Positions 53,539-62,579 of a DNA stretch of 64,000 bases are shown one piece after another. The position numbers and the translations under genes were made by a program. Positions within the stretch are counted from its first letter, which is position 1, and every line of letters starts with the position of its first letter. The notes beneath the pieces are model-generated. The model saw only the letters and a program-made list of their open reading frames with translations, was not told where the DNA came from and searched no databases. Source of the stretch: Candidatus Poribacteria bacterium (GTDB lineage: Bacteria > Poribacteria > WGA-4E > WGA-3G); contig CAXXUA010000003.1 in the NCBI GenBank assembly GCA_963663765.2, positions 32,001-96,000 on the forward strand, read 5' to 3'.

Positions 53539-53735
53539 CAGGGTTATTTAGTTTTAGGTATTTTTGATGATTTTTGCTATGACGTTTTTCATGTGATAAT
53601 GTCTCATTATCACATGAAATCTGGTAGGAGCGACCTCACGGTCGCGACCGGGAGGTCGCTCCTACCGAAGAGAGTAACCCCCTGCCAGTAAACAGTAGAA
53701 TTCCTTAATGAGACAAGATTTATTTGAATTGGTAT
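53539..53735. mobile_element. CAGGG MITE left-end fragment fused to an IS630-like REP-carrying MITE
   Basis: CAGGGTTATTTAGTTTT at 53539; body matches 45187..45342 from about 53587. Confidence 0.7.
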
Positions 53736-53999
53736 AACAATCAATTTCGCACGCTGTACAGTTCGAAAGAGGATAGTAATACGATACCCATTACTTTTTA
53801 GGTGACTATCTCTTACAAGACCTCTTGCTTTTGATTTCAACCGGGCATTTGTTTGGACTTTACAACCCGGATCAATTAAACTTTTGTAAAAAAAGTAGAT
53901 ACTATATACATATTAAGTCTTTATGCATATATATTTTTATTTGTGTTTATTATACGACTTAATATGTATTTATATCGTGGCATAAGTTACACAGGGACG

Positions 54000-54300
54000 A
54001 AATGCTGGTATTACCGACCTGAAGTCAGGCGAATTCTCAGGATTGATAGGTTTGACAAATCTCAATCTACACAACAATGAAATCAACAGTCTACCTGATG
54101 GAATCTTTGAAGGTTTGACTGCTTTGACAAGTTTACGGTTAAGGAACAACGTAGTTGAACCGATACCAATTGTCGTTCACTTGAGAAAATGACAGGTGAA
54201 CAAATAAAAGCAGTTGACCCGGTAGGTGCGCCATTTGACATATATCTCCCTTTATATATCAAATGGCAGCATCACCGGAGTTTATACAGCACTGACCATC
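54000..54300 (+). pseudogene. LRR gene fragment paralogous to the downstream gene
   Basis: Translates as AGITDLKSGEFSGL.GLTNLNLHNNEINSLPDGIFEGL...NNVVEPIPIVV, then frameshifts; no start codon context. Confidence 0.7.
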
Positions 54301-54340
54301 AAGGCAGATCATTCTCTGCTAAATAGAAAGGAATCATATA

Positions 54341-56097
54341 TTGAATACTTATTTCGAAAATAAAAAAGGTTACTTATTCATTTTTTTATCGCTATTGATG
54401 ATACTTGGCGGACAAGCTACAAGCGTTTCGGATGTAGTAACTGCTGTTAGTGAACGGACATCACAAGTGCGTGATGTTATCGTATCCGCTGCAGGTGTAA
54501 ACGCCGCAACAGACGTAACCGACACCGATTTAGCAGAAATAAACAGTCTTGACCTTAGAATCGAAGGCATCACTCAACTGAAATCAGGCGATTTCTCAGG
54601 CTTAACAGGACTAACGAATCTGAACCTATACGGTAATCAACTCAGCAGTCTACCTGAAGGGGTTTTTGACAATCTAAGCAGCCTATCTGAACTAAATCTG
54701 AGTAAGAATGAATTTGCTTCCTTACCCTCAAATCTATTCCGTAATCTCAAAGGATTAGATGTCCTTGACCTGAATTACAATGAATTTACCACGTTACCTT
54801 TGGGTTTTTTTAATGGTCTCAGTATTGTCATCAAAATTAAGTTGAATGGAAACAACATTAGTTCTTTACCACTTGGCATAAATGACAATCTTCCCACTTT
54901 GGAGGAACTCCAATTGGCTGGGAATAGTCTAAGTTCATTACCTGTTGATATATTTGACGAACTTTCATCACTCTTAACTCTTAATCTGATTGGAAACAAA
55001 TTCACTGAATTGCCAAGTGGAATATTTGATGCCTTGTCATCTCTGGGGGACTTCATATAGAAAATAACAGTTTAACATCTTTACCATCTGGTATCTTTGA
55101 TGGACTGACTTCTATAAGATGGATATACGCTCATCATAATCAGTTGAGTTCATTGCCATCTGGTCTATTTGACAATAATTCAACTCTGGTGACGCTAAAA
55201 TTAAACGAGAATCAGTTGAGTTCATTACCGTCAGGTATTTTTGACAATTTGAGAACACTGAAATGGCTACATTTATATAAGAATCAGTTGAGTTCATTGC
55301 AATCAGGTATGTTTAGCGATCTTGTGAAACTGCAAGAGTTAAAACTATATAATAATCAGTTAAGTTCGTTGCCAGACGGTATATTTGAAAACCTCAGTTT
55401 CCTAGTAGAACTTCTGTTGGGGAACAACGCTGTTGATCCCTTGCCTATTGTAGTGTCATTAGAGAAAGTTGAGGAAGGACAATTCAAGGTAGTTGTTCAT
55501 ACAGGCGCACCATTTTATATGAATATACCAATCAGTATCAATAACGGAAGCACTAACGATGGAAAAACCAACTTAAGTGTAGAAATACATAAAGGCAAAA
55601 TCACAAGTCGCACTGTCAATGTAGTACGAACAGAGGGAACAACGGAAGCGGTCACAGTAAATATCGGTAATCTACCATCTATACCTGCAAATTATATTCA
55701 TTATGGATATGCCCTTATAACATCTGCTGATCTACCGTTAGAAATCATACCTGCAATATCGGGTGCACCTACCAAAGTTACTAATGTAGCCTTGACTATT
55801 CCTAATAATAACGCACTTTTATCCAACTATCCAAACCCGTTCAATCCTGAAACATGGCTACCGTATCAGTTATCAACAGCATCGGATGTTACAATAACAA
55901 TTTACAATATGAGAGGTGTTGTTGTGCGACGGTTGATGTTAGGACATCAGAAGGCAGGTTTCTACACAAGTCGTCCCCGTGCTGCACATTGGGATGGTCG
56001 GAATGCTATCGGTGAAAAGGTTGCGACAGGTGTGTATTTCTACACATTCAAAGCGGGTGATTGGACTGCTACGCGCAAGATGTTGATACGGAAGTAA
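54341..56097 (+). pseudogene. secreted LRR protein with C-terminal YPNPFNPETW (FlgD-Ig/sorting-like) domain, split by one frameshift
   Basis: 24-aa LSSLP.GIFD.L repeats continue across the G5 tract at 55045-55049; one extra G fuses ORFs 54341..55060 and 55144..56097. Confidence 0.82.
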
Positions 56098-56314
56098 TCG
56101 TTAGAATTGTAAGCTGCACAAATTTTGTATTAACTTTACGTGTAATTCTTCATGTCTGATTTTATGTCGTCTCTACCTAACAAACACGACATTGATTAAC
56201 GATACGCTAACTTTTAAAGGCAATTTACCGCCTTCTGTATGCGTAGATCAACATATATTTCTATAGGTATATTTCAAATCTGTTTGATTAGAAAACGTTT
56301 TTTATTATTTCCTA

Positions 56315-57326
56315 ACGTGAGTTCGGATATAAAGTCCGAGTTTGTGGTATTTAGAGAACCCTTTTGATATAATGAAATCATTATCCAATACAAAAGGAGT
56401 TCTCTGATGTTTATCATATCACTTTTCTGTAATATTGACGACTTTTTTAATGTCTATAAAAAATATAAAGCATCTCAACAACTGCCAGCGGATCGCCCCT
56501 TTGAAATGCGAGGCCGTCCACGCACTCTACATCCCAGTGAGGTGATGACGATCCTTATCCTTTTTCATCAAAGCGATTATCAAACCTTAAAAGCTTATTA
56601 TGAAAAACACGCCCGGCACTACTTGCGGTGGGCATTTCCGAACTTAGTGAGTTATAACCGCTTTGTGGAACTTCAACAAGAAGTCCTTGAACCTTTGTCT
56701 ATATATCTTTACACATGCTTTGGCATCTGTGATGGTATTTCCTTCGTAGATTCTACGCCAATGCCAGTTTGCCACAATCGCGGAATCCCAACACATAAAG
56801 TCTTTGTTGAACAGGCATCCCTTAGCAAGAACACTGTCGGTTGGTTCTACGGGTTCAAACTTCATCTGTGTGTTAACACTTCTGGCGAACTTTTAGGTGT
56901 TGAGTTCACACCTGCTACAACAGATGACCGGAAAGTTGTTCCGAAGTTGGGAACCCACTTATATGGCAAACTCTATGCGGATAAAGGCTATATCTCACAA
57001 ATCCTGCGTGAATACTTGCAAACCCAAGGTATTGAGTTGGTATATAAGGTTCGCAAGAACATGAAGCCGCAACCTTTATCAGACTTTGATGAGCTCTTGC
57101 TGAAAAAACGGATCCTGATTGAATCGGTTATCAAAGAAATAAAAACGCAGACACAACTTCAACATACGCGGCATAGAAGTTTTATCAATTTCCAAGTGAA
57201 CATGGTGGCTGCTTTAATTGCTTATACCTACTTGGAGAAGAAACCCTCGTTGAACTTGCCGGAATGCAAACGGGTACCGACAGCAACGCTTTCTTTAGAA
57301 CCCTAAATCTTTTTCCGAACTCACGT
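56315..57326 (+). mobile_element. IS982-family insertion sequence
   Basis: TIR ACGTGAGTTCGG / CCGAACTCACGT; no exact TSD seen. Confidence 0.9.
56407..57306 (+). CDS. IS982-family transposase
   Basis: FP.LVSYNRF, FVDST, WFYGFKLH, ADKGY and R.LIE motifs. Confidence 0.95.
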   Translation: MFIISLFCNIDDFFNVYKKYKASQQLPADRPFEMRGRPRTLHPSEVMTILILFHQSDYQTLKAYYEKHARHYLRWAFPNLVSYNRFVELQQEVLEPLSIYLYTCFGICDGISFVDSTPMPVCHNRGIPTHKVFVEQASLSKNTVGWFYGFKLHLCVNTSGELLGVEFTPATTDDRKVVPKLGTHLYGKLYADKGYISQILREYLQTQGIELVYKVRKNMKPQPLSDFDELLLKKRILIESVIKEIKTQTQLQHTRHRSFINFQVNMVAALIAYTYLEKKPSLNLPECKRVPTATLSLEP

Positions 57327-57336
57327 TTTCAATAGG

Positions 57337-58275
57337 TTATTTGTCCCGTTTTTCTTTATACTTCGCTATTGCTCCGCGTTCCGCCAGTTCGGATTTTGCG
57401 TAATATGCTGGCATCTCTGAACTTTTCCACCTGCCAGCAATTTGCATCTCAACAACGGAAGCACCGGCTTGTGCCAAAGCGACCGCAGAACCCACACGCA
57501 ACGAATGCCCAGCAATGAAACCATCAACACCGGCATCAGATGCACGCTTCTGTATGATTCGCCTTGCAGAGAAATCTGTCAACCTTTCCGATTGGATGTG
57601 ATCACCCCGGCGTATCCTACGAAACAAAGCACCCGATGTTATGTCCGCACGTTTTTGATACCTTTTCATAATGTCCTGTGTTTCATTTGTCACATAAAGC
57701 GCGGTTGATGCACCTTCTTGATCTGTCTTGGATGTCCGAACTATCAAGGCTTGTTTTTCAAAATCCGATACATCTACCACGACAACTTCTGAAACACGTA
57801 GCAAACAATCAGACATCAGACGGATCATTGCACTATCACGTAAGCCTGCGATCGTGTTTTCAGATTCAGCGAAAGCACAGACCCTTTCCGTTTGTTGCCA
57901 ATCAAGTCCTGTGACTTGTCCACGTCCGCGATTTTTTCCTTCGCGCCGAATGCCTGCTAATGTCCGAGTGGTGACCGGTAAATCATAATTCTTGCTTTCA
58001 TTCCGCAGTTGCCAACGCGCCGCAGCCACCACAATAGATATTGACGAAGGCGCGCGTCCTTGTCCATACAAATCTGTAATATAAGCAGCTAAAGCACCAT
58101 CAGAAATCTCTAAGTTATGATCCGAGAGGTACGTCTGAATCCCCGCCAAAGCATGCCGATATGCTTTCAATGTGTTCGGCGCGATACTTGCCCTGATTAG
58201 ATTTTCAGTCTCTTGTCTGAGTGTGATGTTGGCACTTGTGTCTTTATCTGATTGGACGATGCTTGTGTTATTCAT
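57337..58275 (-). CDS. tyrosine recombinase/integrase (Cre-like architecture)
   Basis: A.NT..AY N-domain; catalytic LLRVSE, SKTD, HSLR, GRW and M..Y. Confidence 0.92.
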   Translation of the reverse strand: MNNTSIVQSDKDTSANITLRQETENLIRASIAPNTLKAYRHALAGIQTYLSDHNLEISDGALAAYITDLYGQGRAPSSISIVVAAARWQLRNESKNYDLPVTTRTLAGIRREGKNRGRGQVTGLDWQQTERVCAFAESENTIAGLRDSAMIRLMSDCLLRVSEVVVVDVSDFEKQALIVRTSKTDQEGASTALYVTNETQDIMKRYQKRADITSGALFRRIRRGDHIQSERLTDFSARRIIQKRASDAGVDGFIAGHSLRVGSAVALAQAGASVVEMQIAGRWKSSEMPAYYAKSELAERGAIAKYKEKRDK

Positions 58276-58573
58276 TGAGTTTTCTACTTATGCGTTTGTA
58301 TAATTCTTCGCTTGGATTGAGTTTATATTTCCCCCATCCCGTCTTTTCTAACTCTTGATATTTTTCATATAGATATTCTCTCACATATTTGTTTATAGAG
58401 TTCTGTAATTCCAACGGATAGACATTCCCCCATAATTGTGACATTTCTTCCTCACTGATATAAGGTATCAGTTCTACCGATTGAAATTCTTTTGTGAGTT
58501 GGTAATTGTTAACAATGAACATTCTGCTGATAAGTTCCCTTACATGCTCCTCATGTTTGTCTTTATTTAACAT
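58268..58573 (-). CDS. hypothetical protein overlapping the integrase start
   Basis: 101-aa ORF with an 8-bp overlap with the integrase gene. Confidence 0.6.
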   Translation of the reverse strand: MLNKDKHEEHVRELISRMFIVNNYQLTKEFQSVELIPYISEEEMSQLWGNVYPLELQNSINKYVREYLYEKYQELEKTGWGKYKLNPSEELYKRISRKLNE

Positions 58574-58759
58574 TGAAATCCCTTTTCCTTTTATTTATTG
58601 AATTTAATATTTAACATCATATAACTGGACTTATCTGATGTTATTATAAACGCGAGAATAAACAATGTCAACACTATTACATCACTTATTTCATTGAAAA
58701 ATATATCGCATTATGATATAATCTAAATATGTCTAAGATTCCATACTGGAGACGATACC

Positions 58760-58939
58760 GTGAGAGAAAGACATACCCAACAAAAAACTATGTATGAAAA
58801 AATTGGGAAAGCAGCTAACGAATTTGAGGTCTCATTTGCGGAGGTTGTTTGCGAATGTATTGATCGAGAACTGGACAGACTTATTGACAGAGAAAAAAAG
58901 AGAATACAATCTCAACAGAATCTGTCTGAACATAGATAA
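58760..58939 (+). CDS. small putative DNA-binding (ribbon-helix-helix-like) protein, 59 aa
   Basis: GGAG RBS, GTG start, MYEKIGKAANEFEVSFAEVVCECIDRE helix-helix pattern; absent from the ORF track. Confidence 0.45.
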   Translation: MRERHTQQKTMYEKIGKAANEFEVSFAEVVCECIDRELDRLIDREKKRIQSQQNLSEHR

Positions 58940-59014
58940 ATACTAATTCCATAAGTTCTGAAAAATCGCAGAAAAAATGAGGTGATTCTCATCAGGATAT
59001 ATAACGGCAATAAT

Positions 59015-59824
59015 TTATGATAATTGATGAATTAGAGTTGCTAAATCATGAATTGCCCTTCCATATATTGTAACTTGAGAACCTACTGCAACATGAGAAT
59101 CTATTGAACTTCTAAGTATTGACAAGGTTGGACCACCGTGGAAACGCAGTTTTGCTTCTCTATAATGTGTTTTAGAATCATTTCTGATTTCAAATTCGCT
59201 CATATTTTTATTATTATACCGAAGAACAACCTTTAGATCATCCATCTGATTCATATTTCGCGCCTTAGAGTTTTTTATCTGCAGTTTAGGGGATAGAACT
59301 CGAACAACGTCTTCAGCCGAAAAGATATGATAATGTTTTTCATCAATAGGAGTTTCTTTACCAGATTGCTCTACAGGTAAAATTGCAAGGTATTTTACCT
59401 CAAGACCATTAAAAAATGCCTTTGACAAAAACATCGGGAAAATGCCTGGCTTATGTAATTCATCTTTTAGCTGACGCATAATAGGTTGAAGACGCTTTTT
59501 CGCTACTTGTTTGTCCGCTTCATAATCCTTAAATTCTTCTGGGAACGCATCAATGCAATCAATCATCAAGTTCGCAATACTGCCTATATCATGGAATTCC
59601 GTATTATTTACAAGCCGGTCTCGTGAATACAAGAATACTTGCCAATACTTGTTCCCTTTTACTGAATAACTCCTACCGTCACTATCCAATACATCCGTTT
59701 TTTTTGTCCTACCCCCAACAACCTTTCCATCTATAAGATCAGAAAATATCTTTTCATTTTTATGACCTTGTTTTTTTTTGCCGGATGCTGCTTCTGAAGT
59801 CATAGCACGTCTTTTTTTAGCCAT
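59015..59824 (-). CDS. putative type II restriction endonuclease
   Basis: Coupled to the methylase (TAATG overlap); G..NE...KTD...SVK PD-(D/E)xK-like motif. Confidence 0.7.
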   Translation of the reverse strand: MAKKRRAMTSEAASGKKKQGHKNEKIFSDLIDGKVVGGRTKKTDVLDSDGRSYSVKGNKYWQVFLYSRDRLVNNTEFHDIGSIANLMIDCIDAFPEEFKDYEADKQVAKKRLQPIMRQLKDELHKPGIFPMFLSKAFFNGLEVKYLAILPVEQSGKETPIDEKHYHIFSAEDVVRVLSPKLQIKNSKARNMNQMDDLKVVLRYNNKNMSEFEIRNDSKTHYREAKLRFHGGPTLSILRSSIDSHVAVGSQVTIYGRAIHDLATLIHQLS

Positions 59825-60744
59825 TACCCTTCCTTTACAATTAATAATTCGTGAGATTTCTTAACATGACTCATTCCTTTTTCTATGCGATTTTTTCCGA
59901 TCCGGGTTTCCCCCTGACCTAATGTATACTGCCAGCGAACTTCAACTATCTTAAAGTCCGAATACCATTCTCGAATAGTTTCGCAATCGTTATAGGACAA
60001 GACAAAACCGCCTTTATGATCATGGAGCAAGTTACGCAGCAATTCGTGCTGAAATCCCTTGTGATGCACAGGAAAATTTCTCTGTGGATAGATCCCTTTA
60101 AACATATTTCCATCATCCAGATAATAAGGTGGATCGCAATAAAGGAATTCTCCATTATGACAGGGTATTGTCTCCTCAAAACTTCCATGATCAACTTCTA
60201 ATGTTGGACAGTGAAAATGTCTCACTTTTCCTACAGATGTAACATACCTTTTCGGTGATTCATAAATCTTTGACATCCAACCCAGAAATCCTGGACCATA
60301 CGAAAGATTATGATTAAACCAGTAATGTGCAGCCAACTCCAACGGATCAGAAATAAGAACTTCTCCAGTCCAGTGTCCTTTGAGAACACTTTTTATCTCT
60401 TTGTATTTCTCTTGAGTCGGTTGCCATTCTTCCAGCTTATCCGCGAGTTCGTTAGCAGATTTCAATTGCATCTGCCAATAGTTAACAAGAATATCAAATA
60501 TATCATAGGCTTTGACCCGCATACCGAGTTCTTTCGCACAAGCAATTTCAACAGAGCCACCCCCAATGAATGGGGAGGCAAGCTTCTCAATGTTTGATGG
60601 GATATGTTCAACAATATGCCCTACGCCTAAACTTTTTCCACCTGCATAACGGATAGGAAGTCCGTTATAACGTGTGTATTTATATTTTCCTTTGCTCCTA
60701 AGCATATGAAGGAACAACTCTTTTGATTGGAATAAATTTTGCAT
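59824..60744 (-). CDS. Dam-family (alpha group) N6-adenine DNA methyltransferase
   Basis: RYAGGKS, PFIGGGSV, DPPY and LSYND motifs. Confidence 0.93.
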   Translation of the reverse strand: MQNLFQSKELFLHMLRSKGKYKYTRYNGLPIRYAGGKSLGVGHIVEHIPSNIEKLASPFIGGGSVEIACAKELGMRVKAYDIFDILVNYWQMQLKSANELADKLEEWQPTQEKYKEIKSVLKGHWTGEVLISDPLELAAHYWFNHNLSYGPGFLGWMSKIYESPKRYVTSVGKVRHFHCPTLEVDHGSFEETIPCHNGEFLYCDPPYYLDDGNMFKGIYPQRNFPVHHKGFQHELLRNLLHDHKGGFVLSYNDCETIREWYSDFKIVEVRWQYTLGQGETRIGKNRIEKGMSHVKKSHELLIVKEG

Positions 60745-60991
60745 TGGGATTGTCCAGCTTCCAGCTTAATTATCCCTCCGCTAAGATGGGATGGGTGGCA
60801 GACATACCATGCAATATGCTTAGCAATGCCACCCAAAGCTGGTTTTAAAGTATAACAAAATTACAAAATAAACACAAATATTATATACAAAACATGTATA
60901 AATTACGCAAAAGTTTGAAATATATTACATGCAAATCCACCACGACTCCACGAACTTAGCAGGCTTGCTACACCTCCTGCTTATTTCTCTA

Positions 60992-61249
60992 TCATAACCG
61001 CCTCTGATTTTTATACTGGTGGAGAGCGCGCTGGATAAGATCTAAGAGTGTCCCACCCTCTCTGTCAAGAATTTCTGTAATTTCGGGATTATGCCGGAGG
61101 TCAATCAGAAAATCTGCAACGTTCATTGTGATCGCAGCACTTTTCAACGTACCATGCGATGTATGCATGCGATGCTCCCGTCCGAATTCTATTAGCTTTT
61201 TGTGTCGACCACCAATAAACGACAATTGCACTTGGGCAGGTTTCGGCAT
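60992..61249 (-). CDS. small hypothetical protein, possible regulator
   Basis: GAGG RBS, 85 aa, divergent from the promoter at 61362. Confidence 0.55.
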   Translation of the reverse strand: MPKPAQVQLSFIGGRHKKLIEFGREHRMHTSHGTLKSAAITMNVADFLIDLRHNPEITEILDREGGTLLDLIQRALHQYKNQRRL

Positions 61250-61361
61250 GGCTTAACCTCTGTGAATTAATTTATTAATATCATGCCATGATTCTAAAAT
61301 AATATCAAATATAGAAAGCTTTGAGACACACTTTTGATGTTAACAGAAAATGAAATATCTC

Positions 61362-61390
61362 TTGACACAAACATCCAATCGTGATAAAAT
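61362..61390 (+). promoter_or_regulatory. near-consensus sigma70 promoter
   Basis: TTGACA-17 nt-TAAAAT; a homologous degenerate copy TTGATG-17-GACAAT lies at 62245..62273. Confidence 0.75.
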
Positions 61391-61396
61391 AGAAAC

Positions 61397-61646
61397 CAAT
61401 ATTGATAGCAAGCGCGAACTCTGAACTGAACCAAATGCTACAAATTCTAGGGCGAAAGATACTCAATCTCACCGTCCTGATTACAACCGCACAAAAGAGG
61501 CGACGGTCTCGCAGTTGTGATAAATCCTGTGAGTGAATCCAAGTAGCCGGTAGCCTATCGGTTACCGGTTGCTTTTATACACTGGAAAGTTAGAGTAGGA
61601 TTCATACACAGGAAGGGAACACGCACCCCGTGTTTTTCCTTTCCTG
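61397..61646 (+). ncRNA. candidate structured RNA or leader (copy 1; homolog at about 62281..62446)
   Basis: Several hairpins downstream of the promoter; conserved core and conserved stem positions between the two copies. Confidence 0.4.
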
Positions 61647-61706
61647 TTGGCAGACTACAAACACACCATAAATACAAGGTATACAACACATTTTAGGGGA
61701 GAGATC

Positions 61707-62189
61707 ATGGCAAATGGCATTTTACAAAATCTGACAAAGGACTTAGAGCTTTACGCAAGATTCATAGCAAAATTATCCGCATTGGTTGCCCATAGGTTTA
61801 TTATGAAGCCATCATCAAATACTGTGCACCCATCAGATATTGAAAAGCAATCAGATATTGTGCACCATTCAATTACTGTGCAGCCCTCAGATATTGTGCT
61901 CCCATCAGGGGACATAATAAAACATTGGACTTCAGTTATTTACACTATCGGTGATCATGTCTATCACTTCGTACACTCCGCATCAAACATACTTATACCA
62001 ATAATTCTATCTCTCTTACTAATCAGAGTGAGTTGTAAAATCTTGCTACTTAGACCAGATAGAACTCCTGGATACCTGCTCATACTAATTTATAGAATAC
62101 CTGGTATCTCACATATCAGGAACTGGCTACGAAAATTGAATATCACTTTTAAAAAAGAGGAATCCCATTTCCATAAATCACAAGAGTAG
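61707..62189 (+). CDS. hypothetical membrane protein
   Basis: GGGGAG RBS before ATG 61707, (H/Q)PSDI short repeats, one hydrophobic segment. Confidence 0.55.
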   Translation: MANGILQNLTKDLELYARFIAKLSALVAHRFIMKPSSNTVHPSDIEKQSDIVHHSITVQPSDIVLPSGDIIKHWTSVIYTIGDHVYHFVHSASNILIPIILSLLLIRVSCKILLLRPDRTPGYLLILIYRIPGISHIRNWLRKLNITFKKEESHFHKSQE

Positions 62190-62579
62190 TGGAAAGGGCT
62201 GCTGGACATTCTCCGGCGCACTACCGAAACTTACTAAATAACACTTGATGGATTCACACAATCGCGAGACAATAAAACTTGATATTGATAGCACAAGCGA
62301 TCCAATCTAAACACACTTGCTATCAACTCCAGGGCGAAAGATACACAATATACAAAAGAGGCGACGGTATCGCAGTTGCGATAAATCCAGTGAGTGAATC
62401 CAAAGTAGACGGGAAGCAAGCAACCACCGAGAGCTTCGCTTCCTACCCTACTAATTACACCCTCCCCTAAATATTTTGAATGTTCAGAATGCCCCACAAC
62501 GCATTTCTTAACAACCCCGTGTGGTGTAACTCTCAGCTGTTTCCATGTTTTAGTGCCTCACACGAATTTTCGCACACGT

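Noticed and set aside
19694-53551. Numerous short antisense or overlapping ORFs in the track
   Set aside because: They are shadows of well-supported genes on the other strand or frame, with no motifs or RBS.
56308-57334. Target-site duplication for IS982
   Set aside because: The flanks TTTCCTA and TTTCAAT do not match well enough.
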